Shown here one piece after another: positions 1 through 10,085 of a DNA stretch of 45,467 nucleotides. Positions within the stretch are counted from its first letter, which is position 1. Each line of letters begins with the position of its first letter. The notes below the pieces were generated by a model that was not told the origin of the DNA, did no database searches, and worked only from the letters and a program-made list of their open reading frames with translations. This DNA is from Deltaproteobacteria bacterium. GTDB taxonomy: Bacteria > Myxococcota > JACRCW01. The translations under genes were made by a program, and so were the position numbers. The stretch is taken from the NCBI GenBank assembly GCA_016218805.1, contig JACRCW010000018.1:1-45467 (forward strand). The letters run 5' to 3'.

Positions 1-131
1 ACGCCGCCGGCTCGGCATCCCGTGCCAACAGGAGTGGACCCCCCAACCACGGGCCCGCTCCCAGCCTCCATTGGACACATCGCCGCGCCGCATTTCGAGC
101 CAGGCAAGCCCGGAGCCGACGGGGCCGCTAA

Positions 132-1427
132 TCAAGTACTTGCGCCTTTTGTGGCGTCATTCAGGTTGCTGAGAACTCCGCCCGATTTCGGATGCTTTGG
201 ACAGACTCGCTCCGTGAGCCACTCCACCAGTGCGGATGCATGGGGAGATGACACAGGACAACCCGCACCGTCGGACTCCGCAATCACCTGCATCATGACA
301 TCCCGAAGGCACGATGGCGTGCCAACGTTGATTGACGGTCCTTTCGGTAGTTGTTCCCAAGGGCCCTTCCCGCGCGCGGATGCGCTGATCGGCCCGAGGA
401 TTTGGGGGGTCCAGGTCTTGAGGTAATCGGATGGCGCCTCCGTTGGGTAGAACTCACCGATTCGCATTATCTCCGTCTCCGTTGGCGAAATCGCGTCTTC
501 ATGGTGCGAGAATGCAAACGTCCCGTCGCTGGCCAATCCATCCAAGCGCCAGGGCGCCTTCGCGATGATAGAGAAAAGGGCAGCCTGGGCTTCGCCTTTG
601 GATGACGGCCTGACAGTGACGCTGGATGGTGACGAAGCGCTTGGACTTGGAGGCGGAGGAATCGGCTTCTCCCGGAGACAACTTGCCAGATAGGCGGCCC
701 ATGTCACTGAGGGGTCTTTTCCCAGCGGCTGCGTCAGTCGACCCGGGACAGCCCAATCAAGGGCTGGCAACCCCCGGTGGAAGACCGGCTGATCGGGAAA
801 GCCGGTGACGGGCGAAACGCATGCTGCACCGCGCAGGAGCAACTCCGCCGCAAGACTGAGTCCCAACGCATCATCGTCGGCGTCCAGTTTGATGTCGATG
901 AGAACGTGCGCGTCCTTCGCCAGCAGAGCGACTTGGTTACGAAACTGACCGAAGTGTGGACCGTCCACCTGCCGGATGAGCAGGGGAACCACCCACGTCG
1001 ACCCCCCGGTGGCCACCACACGCGGGGGTTCATCGAGAGGTAGGCAGCCAGCCTGATCATCGATCACGATGATTCGCGCCCCCGCGATGCCAGCCCACCA
1101 TGTGATCAACAATTTGGGGGAAAGCGTGGGAAACGAGCCCTCGATCAAAGACCCGGGCGGCGGGGGTCGGGTCGGGCGCCGTCCAGCGATGGCCAGCGGG
1201 AGTTGGAGCGACCGCGCGAACTCTCGCGCCTTCGCCAAATCGACCGTGTCAGACACGACGAGAACATGGGCACTCGACAACTGGTCTTGCGTGACCTGAA
1301 CATCAGTGAACCGCTCGAGATGCAACGCGGAGGCGGGCTGGTTCTCCACCCCGGCCAACGTGCTTCCCGGCGCATTCTCCACAACAGCAACCCTCAGGCC
1401 CGGCAAACCCCAGCGCTGCTGCGTCAT
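132..1427 (-). CDS. Atypical response-regulator-like protein (receiver domain plus unknown C-terminal domain)
   Basis: ATG at 1427 overlaps the upstream TGA (ATGA). Receiver motifs occur in order: RIIVIDDQ, HVLIDIKL..ALGLSLA, VTGF, LGKD. The N-terminal VAVVEN may belong to a second, degenerate receiver. The ORF-track start at 1616 lies inside the upstream gene. Confidence 0.6.
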   Translation of the reverse strand: MTQQRWGLPGLRVAVVENAPGSTLAGVENQPASALHLERFTDVQVTQDQLSSAHVLVVSDTVDLAKAREFARSLQLPLAIAGRRPTRPPPPGSLIEGSFPTLSPKLLITWWAGIAGARIIVIDDQAGCLPLDEPPRVVATGGSTWVVPLLIRQVDGPHFGQFRNQVALLAKDAHVLIDIKLDADDDALGLSLAAELLLRGAACVSPVTGFPDQPVFHRGLPALDWAVPGRLTQPLGKDPSVTWAAYLASCLREKPIPPPPSPSASSPSSVTVRPSSKGEAQAALFSIIAKAPWRLDGLASDGTFAFSHHEDAISPTETEIMRIGEFYPTEAPSDYLKTWTPQILGPISASARGKGPWEQLPKGPSINVGTPSCLRDVMMQVIAESDGAGCPVSSPHASALVEWLTERVCPKHPKSGGVLSNLNDATKGAST

Positions 1428-3880
1428 CGTGGCCTCCTCCGTGTCTCGCTCTTCTTGATTTCCATCCTGACCACTCCGCGGTCCGAAATGGCCGCGAACT
1501 CGTAGCCAAAGTGACGGCAGAGCGCGAGGCACAGTTGCAACCCGAGCCCGGGTCGTTGGTTCATGATGCTCGCGGCGCGGAGCGAATCCTCTGCCTCGCA
1601 TTCCACTTCGATCCAACAGTGCTGCCCCGGCGATTTGACCCGGACTTCCGCGCCGGAGCCGTGCTCAAGTGCGTTCGCGATGAATTCGGCCATGACGAGG
1701 ACCAAGGGCAGCCGGGGAATTCTCATCGCCGAGCCAGAATCGTCGTCCTGCCCCTCGAACGTGATGCGGGCAACTCGCGCCGGGCACGTAATGCGCGCGA
1801 GCCGCTCGGCCTCCGGCACGATCTCGTCGAGCTCGTCGCCAGCGCTCTGCGGGCAGGCATCGAACGCCAGGAGCGCACGTGCCAGCCGTGGCACGGCCGT
1901 ATCTCCCCCTGGGATGTTCTTCACCCAGTGACTGAACGCGTCCGCGAGCTTGTCTATGAGGAGCCCGCGGTCGTGGTGACGGCAACGCAATATCTCGAGC
2001 GCTGCGCTTTGCTGCTGCCCGATCTGGCAGGACGCCAGGTGCCACAGCTGTTCACGGAGTTGCCGCACCCCGTCGGGAGATCCTGGTCCCCAGGAGGAGA
2101 CGTCCACCTCAGCGGCCTCGGCCGCCAGGCGGACCCTCGGCCACCAATTCTGGTCCACGGGATGCTGCACGCCCGCGAGCAGGGCGGAGAACACCGGTGC
2201 CATCTCGCCACCAAGCGAGCGGAGCAGGACGCACTGCGCCAGGAGGGCGAGCAACGCACTCGCCGCGACCTCGCCGCTCCGTACAAAACGGCGCTCATTC
2301 CCTGCCCTTGCCAGGAGAATGCGCCGGGCGCACTCAGCGATGACGGAGAGCGCCTTCTCGTCATCTGCGAGGAACTCGGCGATGTGCGCGCGGCGCAGAA
2401 CCGCGGCGAGGACGCCGTACTCAAGGTCCGTTGTCGGCCCGGTGGCCGCCTCGTCCACCCAGGACGCGATGAGCAGGCGGGCGACTTCCGGCTCCGCGGC
2501 ACGGATGTTGAAACGCCGCTGCTCCCAGGGGGCCAGCTCCGGGAGCTTTGCGGGAACGCGGCTCCGCCAATCGGGCGCTCCATCTTTCAGAAGTGGCGCC
2601 ACATCGATGAATGGACGCGGCAAGGGCCGCACGGTGCGGTCGACGTGTTCGAGCCGCTCTTTCCAATCCAACGGCGCGGCGGAGGCGTGCGCCACTACCT
2701 GGCGGACGAATTCCAGGGGTAACGGGAGCGCGCCACTGCGGATGCGCGCGAGGACCGCCGACTCGAGCGCTGTGCCCGGACACGCGCGGATCACCACGAG
2801 AAGCTCGCCGTGGTTCAGCAGGTCCAAGTCAGGGAGCGCTGCGTCTCCCCCATGGTGCAGCAAGGTCCTGATGATTGACGCGCCCAACCAGGTCAGTGGA
2901 TCCGCGCTCCGCTTCGAGCGGACCACGGCATGGGCTTCATTGAGCACTGGCACCAAGTGGCGCGCGGGTGGCGCCAGCCGGAGACCGGCAAGGAAGGGCT
3001 GGATGACCTCCAACCTGCAACCCGGGTCGGAGAGGTGGCGGAGGGGATCGCGCAGGAAGAACGCGACTGGGTCGTCCCTGGTGGGGGACGCGCCGCCCCG
3101 CGCATGCGCAGCACCCACTGCGAATGCCTGACGTCGAAGCAAGAGGCGCTCCTCCGGGACGCCAGCGACCGCCTGAAGCGCCTCCCCGGTCGACGCGCCG
3201 CTCCGCGCGAGTCTCCAGAGCTCCGCGGCGGCCGCCAGGTGACGGCCAACTGGGTCCGCTGGAAAATGGGCTTGGCCGCCGGTGCGCAACCGCGACGCTG
3301 CGTCGATGAGCCCAACAAGACTCTCGGCCCGCCCCGCGACTCTCTGCAGAACCTCTGCCCAAGCGCGCCCATGGGTATCGTCGAGCAGCACATGGAAGAG
3401 TTCCGACGCTGCCGAGACCCGGGTGCGTTGCTCCAATGCCCCGAGGCGGCGGATGAGCTCGTCCACTGGGAACGCAAGCGGTGGCCCACGGGGGTGCTCG
3501 CGCCACCCGCCGTCGAGAACTGACAACCTCGGGAGTGGCCACCAGGACGTCCGGGCGGCATGGTTGATGCGCTTGATCAGCCTGCGGTCTGCGAGCCCAA
3601 AGTGGTTCGCATGCACCACCAGCGCACCTGGAAGACCTTGAAGCCGAGACAAAAAGCGTTCGTAGATTGGGTCATCGCTTGGGAGCCCGCACGCCGCCAG
3701 CAGCCGCGGACAGGCATCATCATGCGCCTCCCCTCCGAGGATCATGTCCCCGATCTCAAAGTTGTCCTTCCGGCCTCCCAGGATCTCGTGGAGTTCGAGG
3801 GCGGCGTCGAGGCGCGCCGTAGGATCCAGCGAGGCATAGGCCGTGCGGCCCAAGGTCAGGACTCTGAGCCGTAGGTCCAT
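1424..3880 (-). CDS. Large soluble protein with C-terminal histidine-kinase-like ATPase (HATPase_c) domain
   Basis: N-box EFIANALEHG, G2-box PGLGLQLC, possible H-box FSHWVKN. Start placed at MDLRLR (3880) because the longer ORF overlaps the 4039-5862 gene. Confidence 0.6.
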   Translation of the reverse strand: MDLRLRVLTLGRTAYASLDPTARLDAALELHEILGGRKDNFEIGDMILGGEAHDDACPRLLAACGLPSDDPIYERFLSRLQGLPGALVVHANHFGLADRRLIKRINHAARTSWWPLPRLSVLDGGWREHPRGPPLAFPVDELIRRLGALEQRTRVSAASELFHVLLDDTHGRAWAEVLQRVAGRAESLVGLIDAASRLRTGGQAHFPADPVGRHLAAAAELWRLARSGASTGEALQAVAGVPEERLLLRRQAFAVGAAHARGGASPTRDDPVAFFLRDPLRHLSDPGCRLEVIQPFLAGLRLAPPARHLVPVLNEAHAVVRSKRSADPLTWLGASIIRTLLHHGGDAALPDLDLLNHGELLVVIRACPGTALESAVLARIRSGALPLPLEFVRQVVAHASAAPLDWKERLEHVDRTVRPLPRPFIDVAPLLKDGAPDWRSRVPAKLPELAPWEQRRFNIRAAEPEVARLLIASWVDEAATGPTTDLEYGVLAAVLRRAHIAEFLADDEKALSVIAECARRILLARAGNERRFVRSGEVAASALLALLAQCVLLRSLGGEMAPVFSALLAGVQHPVDQNWWPRVRLAAEAAEVDVSSWGPGSPDGVRQLREQLWHLASCQIGQQQSAALEILRCRHHDRGLLIDKLADAFSHWVKNIPGGDTAVPRLARALLAFDACPQSAGDELDEIVPEAERLARITCPARVARITFEGQDDDSGSAMRIPRLPLVLVMAEFIANALEHGSGAEVRVKSPGQHCWIEVECEAEDSLRAASIMNQRPGLGLQLCLALCRHFGYEFAAISDRGVVRMEIKKSETRRRPR

Positions 3881-4038
3881 CGCCACACTCTCGCGCCGGC
3901 GACCACTTCGCGCAACGAAGGGTGCCGGGAGCGCAATGTGGGGCGGCGCCGGGAAATCGGCTGCGGAGCGCTCATTGGCATGCATGCCCGCATTCACGCC
4001 CGACGGGGGCCGGCCGGGCCAGACAGAACCACCCGTTT

Positions 4039-5862
4039 TCAGAACCGGTAGGCCCACTCCAGGTACGCCCGGCTGGTGGGGAACAGGAAGTGCGCGCGGG
4101 TGCCGGGCCAGCCCAGGAACAGCTCCGTGCCCAGCGTGACTTCCTGGTTGAGTGACAACCGGTACCCCACCCGCGGGGCGAACCACAGCTCCCGCTGCCA
4201 CGGCGCCAGCGTGGTCCGCAGGCGCCAGGTGATGTCGTCCAGCACCACGCCCTGCAGCCGCGTGGACAGCGTGGGCCGGTGGACCCACCGTTCCCAAGAG
4301 CGCGCCTGGTCGTCCGCCTCGTACCGCGCAATGCGCGCGCCCGCGGGCACCGCGCCTATGACTTCGTAACCCGCCTCCAGGAACCCCTGGACCAGCTCCG
4401 AGTAGCCGCTCTCCAGCGCCACACTGCCGCCCGCGCTCCACGCGTCCGCGCTGGCCAGCCGTCCGTCCCGGGTGACGACGTGGATCACGCGGCCCAGCCC
4501 CGGCCCCAGCGCAGGCGACACGTGCAGCCCGCCGCGCAGCACCGCCGGACCCACCATGCCGCTGGCCTCCACCTGCGCCACCGCCGCGCGGCGCCAGCGC
4601 AGCACCAGCTCACCGTCCAGCGCACGGCACGCAGGCCCGCCGCACGCCCCCGCCAGCGCATCCGCCACGCGTGTGCCGCCGGGACGGTCCGCCGCCGCGC
4701 CCAGCGCGGCCGCCACGCGCGGTGACAGGGTGAGCTGCGGGGTGGGGTCGTGCCCCAGCACCGCCACCAGCGCCACATCCGCGGGGCCCAGCGTGAAGAA
4801 CGCGCGTCCCCCCACCGTGGGGCTGAAGTCCCCCACCATCAGGACGTCCGCAAATGGCACCTGCGCCTGCAGGGCGCGGCTGGTGTCGGCGTTGCGCAGC
4901 TGCTCGCGTGAGGACAGCAGTGAAAGCACGGGTTCATGCGGGTCCGGCGCCTCAGCGTCCTCCGCAAACAGCGGGGTGCGCGGCGCCGCGTAGAACGGCA
5001 GCACCACCAACTGCAGGCCCAGCGGCCCCAGCGTGCCCTGGGCCGCCGCCGCCAGCGTGGCGGACCGGGCGGTGAGCTCGTCCGGCAGGGCAATGCCGTC
5101 CCGGGGGTCCGCGGGGTTGAGCATGGAGGCCACGGGGCTCCCCAGCGCCTGGGACCAGCCAAACAGCTGGCGTCCAACCACAACGCGGAACCGCGAGAAC
5201 TTCACCGTGGCATAGGCCTCACCCACCTCCAGCACACCGGAGAACCGCGCGCCCGCCTCCGCGCTGCGCGTGGGCAGAAGGAAGTCCAGCGGTTGGAACT
5301 GCTGCACCGGCGGCAGCCGCGCGCCAAAGGCGGAACGCACCCGCGCCACCAGGTCCACGTGCGCGCTGAGCGGCATGTCCGGGCGGACGTCCACCGCCGC
5401 CACCGCCGCGGCCAGGCTGCGGCTGACGTCATCCAGCACGCTTCCCAGCGGCCGGACGGATGAGCGCAAGCCCAGCGTGCCGGTGAGCGTGATGTGCTGC
5501 GCCCGCAGCCCCAGCAGTGACCGGCCGCCCGCCGGTGCGGGCTGGGATACCTCGGCGGGGCTGAAGGCGAGCGTGAGTTCGCCCAGCGGGAGCGGCGGCG
5601 GCTCCGGGATGGAGAGCGTGACGGGGAAGCCCGGCGGCGTGGGAATCTCCGGCAGCGCAGGAATGCCGCTGGGCAGCGGGCTGGAGCCCGGCCCCTGCGG
5701 CTCGTCCTCCTCAATCAGGATGATCGTGTCGTCGGCGGCCGCCGCGCCCGCGTCCGCGCCAGGCCCGCCATCCTGGGACTGGGCCCGCACGGGCAGCGCC
5801 AGCACGCACCCGCATGCCACCAGCGCGCCCGACGTCAGCCACCGCTTGAGGGAGAACTCCAC
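4039..5862 (-). CDS. Putative outer-membrane beta-barrel protein
   Basis: Signal peptide (..ALPVRA-Q), Pro-rich linker, porin-like EAYATVKFSRFRVVVGRQLFGW segment, C-terminal beta-signal YLEWAYRF. Confidence 0.7.
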   Translation of the reverse strand: MEFSLKRWLTSGALVACGCVLALPVRAQSQDGGPGADAGAAAADDTIILIEEDEPQGPGSSPLPSGIPALPEIPTPPGFPVTLSIPEPPPLPLGELTLAFSPAEVSQPAPAGGRSLLGLRAQHITLTGTLGLRSSVRPLGSVLDDVSRSLAAAVAAVDVRPDMPLSAHVDLVARVRSAFGARLPPVQQFQPLDFLLPTRSAEAGARFSGVLEVGEAYATVKFSRFRVVVGRQLFGWSQALGSPVASMLNPADPRDGIALPDELTARSATLAAAAQGTLGPLGLQLVVLPFYAAPRTPLFAEDAEAPDPHEPVLSLLSSREQLRNADTSRALQAQVPFADVLMVGDFSPTVGGRAFFTLGPADVALVAVLGHDPTPQLTLSPRVAAALGAAADRPGGTRVADALAGACGGPACRALDGELVLRWRRAAVAQVEASGMVGPAVLRGGLHVSPALGPGLGRVIHVVTRDGRLASADAWSAGGSVALESGYSELVQGFLEAGYEVIGAVPAGARIARYEADDQARSWERWVHRPTLSTRLQGVVLDDITWRLRTTLAPWQRELWFAPRVGYRLSLNQEVTLGTELFLGWPGTRAHFLFPTSRAYLEWAYRF

Positions 5863-5906
5863 GACGGGTGAGCACTACCACGGAGGCCCGGGGGGGCCGC
5901 CATGGA

Positions 5907-6524
5907 TCAGCGCCGGCCGCGGAACCACGGCCCGAACAGCGCGTTGAACTCGTCGTCACCCAGCGGACCGCCAAAGCGCTGCCAGCTGCGCAGCCGCCGG
6001 TACACGCGCCGCGGCATGGCGGGGAACGCCTCGCGCAGCCGCACCGCCAGCGCCCCGGGGTCCTCCTCTTCAGTCCACCGGAAGACCAGCTGGACCAGCT
6101 CCACCGGGGTGCGCTCGCCCGCCACGGCGCGCAGGCGGCGGGTCACCTCATCCGCCGGCAGCCAGGGGGAGTCCGGTGACGGCAACGCCCGCCAGCGCGC
6201 CTGCCCGCAATGCAGGCACAGGCGGGCCACCGGGTTGCCGCCGTAGCGCTTGGCGTAGAAGGACTGTCCGCACCGCGGGCACTTCACAAACTGGATCCCA
6301 AGCCCCGTCCCCACCATGGCCCCGAACCACAGCAGGATGAGCGGCGCGGTATCCACCCCGATCAACCCGCCCAGCAGGCCCAGCGCCAGGCTGGCCGGCA
6401 GCCAGCCCAGCCAGGACACCCACAGCCCCACCGTCCAGCGCCGGTGGGTCCGCCAGGGGTCTGCGGTGGTCCGCCGGCGCCCCGGGGCCACCGATGTTGC
6501 GGGAGGAGCGGGCGGCTGGGTCAT
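5907..6524 (-). CDS. Membrane protein with zinc-ribbon motif
   Basis: Two hydrophobic segments followed by CPRCG...CLHCG; start chosen at MTQPP. Confidence 0.6.
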   Translation of the reverse strand: MTQPPAPPATSVAPGRRRTTADPWRTHRRWTVGLWVSWLGWLPASLALGLLGGLIGVDTAPLILLWFGAMVGTGLGIQFVKCPRCGQSFYAKRYGGNPVARLCLHCGQARWRALPSPDSPWLPADEVTRRLRAVAGERTPVELVQLVFRWTEEEDPGALAVRLREAFPAMPRRVYRRLRSWQRFGGPLGDDEFNALFGPWFRGRR

Positions 6525-6828
6525 CTCCGAACATGAACCAAGCGGTTGTCGCTCCGCCGGACGACAACGTGTCCATGGGTCGGCGCGGTTTGGCATCCTG
6601 CCCCTCCGGTTCCAGGGTCCGGGACACACTGTGCGGCTGCCGCCTCCTGCTTGTCAGCCCTGCACCCAGCCACCGGAACCGGCGGGCGCCGCGGCGCGTC
6701 AGGCCGCGCACGTCGTCACCGGGAGTCCTTGTGCGTTGCCCGGGCACCGTGGCATCCCGCGCGCTTATCACGGGCCATGCGGGGGGCCGTGCGGGACACT
6801 CCACTCATCTCCGCGACTGAGGTTGTCC

Positions 6829-7608
6829 ATGGCGACTCTGGAATCGCTTCTCAACGTGTATTCGCTCCCCACCGGCCGCCGCATTGTGGCGCTGCGGGCG
6901 GTACGGGAGGTTGCCGCTGCGCTGGGCCTCACGGTGCTGGTTTCCTTCCTGGACACCGCCATTGCCCATGACGAGCAGACCCGCGCGGTGGAACTGGATT
7001 GGGTACGCCAGAAGCGCCAACCCGCCGCCAACCCCGGGGAGGCGGTGGTGGTGGACACCGAGCTGGACCGCGTGTTGGGTGGCATCCACGCGGTCCTCAC
7101 GGGCGTGGTGGAGGGCGCGTTGCCGGGCCAGCCCGTTGAGGAAGCGCGCACCCTGTTGACGCTGCTGTTCCCCGCGGGCCTGGCCGGCCTCACGCAGGGC
7201 ACGCACGTGGATGAGGCCACCGCGGTCCAGGCCGTGTTGCGCGAGGTCAGCAAGCCGGAGCACGCCACCCGGATTCAGGCCTTGCGGCTGGGCCCATCAT
7301 TGGACCGGGTGGAGCAGCTCGCCACGCGTATGACGGGCATCCTCTCCGCCGCCGCCAAGAGCCCCACGCTGCAGTACAGCAGCGTGATTGATTCCCAGCA
7401 GAAGGGCCTGTCCAATCTGAGGGAGACGGTGGCGCGCGTCATTGCCCTGCACGTCTCTGAAAGCCAGCCGGACACCCAGGCGCGCGCCAGGCTGCTGGAA
7501 GGCGTGCTCCGCCAGGGCGAGGCGTTTGCCGAGGCGTACAAGCGGCGCCGCGGCGGTATGGACGTCAACCCGGTCACCGGCGAGCCGGCAGAGGACGTGG
7601 TGGGCTGA
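6829..7608 (+). CDS. Hypothetical alpha-helical protein (259 aa)
   Basis: GAGG RBS before ATG 6829; host-like codon usage; amphipathic helical sequence MATLESLL...EDVVG. Confidence 0.75.
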   Translation: MATLESLLNVYSLPTGRRIVALRAVREVAAALGLTVLVSFLDTAIAHDEQTRAVELDWVRQKRQPAANPGEAVVVDTELDRVLGGIHAVLTGVVEGALPGQPVEEARTLLTLLFPAGLAGLTQGTHVDEATAVQAVLREVSKPEHATRIQALRLGPSLDRVEQLATRMTGILSAAAKSPTLQYSSVIDSQQKGLSNLRETVARVIALHVSESQPDTQARARLLEGVLRQGEAFAEAYKRRRGGMDVNPVTGEPAEDVVG

Positions 7609-7636
7609 GCCTACCGGCCACTCGGTGGGCTTCACT

Positions 7637-7823
7637 GGGTGTCCACACCCCCTTCAGGGGGTTGTGGAGGCCCCCCGAGAGGGTGTGTTGCACCAAAATG
7701 GTGCACCTGGACCCCTCTGGGGGGGTGTCGACACCCCCCAGGGGGGCGTTGGAGGCCCCTGGTGGGGGGGTGTCCTGATCCAAAATGGCGCACCCGGACC
7801 CCTCCAGGGTGGGTGTTGATACC
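7637..7823. repeat. Imperfect tandem repeat, about 87-bp period, about 2.1 copies, with short palindromes
   Basis: GGGTGT starts at 7637, 7723 and 7811; CCAAAATGG at 7693 and 7780; GGAGGCCCC and GGACCCCTC each occur twice. Confidence 0.8.
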
Positions 7824-7872
7824 CGTGCCAAGTGGGAGGGGTCGCGGCCATTCGCCTGGCGACCCGGAACAC

Positions 7873-8325
7873 CTACGACGCGATCCGCCGTTTCCAACGC
7901 GCTCACCCGTTCCTCAAGTCTCCGACGCGTCCGCCTTGCCCCGCAGGTCATGGCGCAAGGAGTCGACGGCGCCCTCCAGCCGTCTGATGTCATCGCTGTT
8001 CTTCTTGATGTCTTCGCTGTTCCTCTTGATGGTCTTCGCTGTTCTTCCGGATTCCCTCCGTGTTGCGTTGCACCCCATCGGCCAGATGACGCACGTGGGA
8101 ATCCAACGCCTCCAGGCGAGCAGAAAGCTCCACCCTCATCTCCGTGATCCGGCGATCCAACGTCTCGTGGAAGATCTTCATCCCCTCAAGGAGGAGATCC
8201 ACCTTGTCCGAGAGCGCCTCCAGCAACAGGCCCACCCGGCCCACCTCCGTCTCCGACGGGGCCACGGTGATCGGGTTCTTTCCCTTCACGAAGCCGCGCA
8301 GGGGCGGCCGCTTGCGTGCTGCCAT
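7873..8325 (-). pseudogene. Frameshifted coiled-coil protein with heptad (21-bp) repeats
   Basis: ORF 7990-8325 breaks at an extra C. Removing it gives IRKNSEDIKRNSEDIKKNSDDIRRLEGAVDSLRHDLRGKADASE; further shifts give LEERVSALE(TRIAS*) with TAG at 7873. Confidence 0.6.
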
Positions 8326-8407
8326 GGCTCTCTCCGTGCCCGCCGTTTCTCCATCGCAACGCGCAGTTTCACAGGCTGCACGCGAGGGGTGAGGCGGGCC
8401 TCCCGCA

Positions 8408-9199
8408 CTATTGCAGGCCCAGCAGCTCCGGCACGGTCACCAGCCCCGCGGCGCGGCCCTTGAGCAGCGGCGCCAGCCGAAGTGCCCCGCGCGCAAACGT
8501 GTCCCGGCTGTGCGCGCGGTGCGTGAGTTCCAGCCGTTCGCCGTCACCCAGCAGGTACACCGTGTGGTCTCCCACCACGTCACCGCCGCGCAGCGCGGTC
8601 ACCCCCAGGCTGTCCGCCGCGCGCACCTTGGGCTCGCTGCTGCGGTTGTTCACGGTCACCGCCTCGGGGATGAGCCCGCGGCCCTCCGCGGCGTGCCGGG
8701 CCAGCAGCAGCGCCGTCCCCGACGGGGCATCGCGCTTGTGGCGGTGGTGGATCTCCGCCACCTCCACGTCAAACCCGCGCAGTGACCGCGCCGCCTGCCG
8801 CACCAGCGAGGCCAGCACCCACACGCCCGTGGACAGGTTGGGGGCCACGCACACGGGGATGCCCTTGGCCGCCCGGTCCAGGGCCACCCGCGTCTCCACG
8901 GACAACCCGGTCACCGCCACCAGCAGCGGCCTGCCTGCCGCCACCGCCCGCTCCGCGTGCGCGGCCACCGCCTCCGGCAGCGAGACGTCCACCAGCACAT
9001 CGCCACCCGAGACGTCCGCGTCATCGCGCGCGAAGGTGAGCCCGTCATGCCCGGGCACCGGCTTGCCCAATGACACGCTGCGCGGGTGTTCCAGCGCCGC
9101 GGCCACGCGCACGCCCTCCGTCTCGCGCGCCAGCTCCAGGATGCGCCCGCCCAACCGGCCCGCCGCACCCAACACCACCAGCCGCGTCTCAGCGCCCAT
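8408..9199 (-). CDS. dapB: 4-hydroxy-tetrahydrodipicolinate reductase
   Basis: GAAGRLG nucleotide-binding motif; EIHHRHKRDAPSGTA; LRGGDVVGDH; follows dapA. Confidence 0.96.
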   Translation of the reverse strand: MGAETRLVVLGAAGRLGGRILELARETEGVRVAAALEHPRSVSLGKPVPGHDGLTFARDDADVSGGDVLVDVSLPEAVAAHAERAVAAGRPLLVAVTGLSVETRVALDRAAKGIPVCVAPNLSTGVWVLASLVRQAARSLRGFDVEVAEIHHRHKRDAPSGTALLLARHAAEGRGLIPEAVTVNNRSSEPKVRAADSLGVTALRGGDVVGDHTVYLLGDGERLELTHRAHSRDTFARGALRLAPLLKGRAAGLVTVPELLGLQ

Positions 9200-10085
9200 G
9201 CTTCAACTCCACGCCCAGGCGTTTGAGCTCGCCCAGCAGCTGCTCGCGCTTGTCCGCGGGCATGGGACCCAGCGGCAGGCGCCATTCCTCGCGAATGAGC
9301 CCCATGGCCGCAAGCGCCGTCTTCACCGGCTGCGGGCTGGTGTCCATGAACAGCAGGCGCGCAAACGGCAGCGTGCGCGCGGCGTGCGCCTGCGCGTCGG
9401 CCACCGTGCCGGCGGCCCACGCCTCGCACAGCTTCACCACGCTGTCGCCCACCACGTGCGTGATGACGCTGATGACGCCGTGGCCGCCCACGGCCAGCGT
9501 GGGGAGGATGATGCCGTCTTCGCCGGACATGACGGAGAAGTGCGCGGGGAGTTTCACCAGCATTTCGTGGAGGCGCTGCAGGTTCCCGGAGGCATCCTTG
9601 AGCGACACGATGTTGGGCGTCTCCGCCAGGCGGTGCACCACGTCCGCGGGCATGTCCACGCCGGTGCGGCCGGGCACGTTGTAGAGGATGAGCGGCAGCG
9701 GGGTGGCCTGCGCCACCGTCAGGAAGTGCTGGTAAAGGCCCAGCGCGTTGGGCTTGACGTAGTACGGCGTCACCGCCAGCAACCCGTCGGCACCGGCCTG
9801 CGCGCACGCCTTGGCCAGCTCCACGCTCTTGTGGGTGGCGGTGCTGCCCACGCCGGCCACCACCGGAACGCGCCCGCCCACCGTCTTCACCACGCGCTTG
9901 ACGACGGAGACGTGCTCCTCAACAGAGAGCGCCGCCGCCTCACCGGTGGTCCCGCACGGCACCAGCCCGTGGATGCCCATTCCCAGCTGCTGCTTCACCA
10001 CGGCGTCCAGGGCGTCAAAGTCAACTGCGCCATCCTTGAACGGTGTGACGAGCGCCGTGTACGCGCCCTTGAACTTCACGGTCAT
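9189..10085 (-). CDS. dapA: 4-hydroxy-tetrahydrodipicolinate synthase
   Basis: ALVTPF, GTTGE, PYYVKP, LYNVPGRTG, LKDASG motifs. Confidence 0.97.
   Translation of the reverse strand: MTVKFKGAYTALVTPFKDGAVDFDALDAVVKQQLGMGIHGLVPCGTTGEAAALSVEEHVSVVKRVVKTVGGRVPVVAGVGSTATHKSVELAKACAQAGADGLLAVTPYYVKPNALGLYQHFLTVAQATPLPLILYNVPGRTGVDMPADVVHRLAETPNIVSLKDASGNLQRLHEMLVKLPAHFSVMSGEDGIILPTLAVGGHGVISVITHVVGDSVVKLCEAWAAGTVADAQAHAARTLPFARLLFMDTSPQPVKTALAAMGLIREEWRLPLGPMPADKREQLLGELKRLGVELKHGR

Noticed and set aside
3881..4441. N-terminal extension giving a 1005-aa kinase
   Set aside because: Overlaps the 4039-5862 gene on the same strand in another frame and is low-complexity Gly/Ala/Arg sequence.
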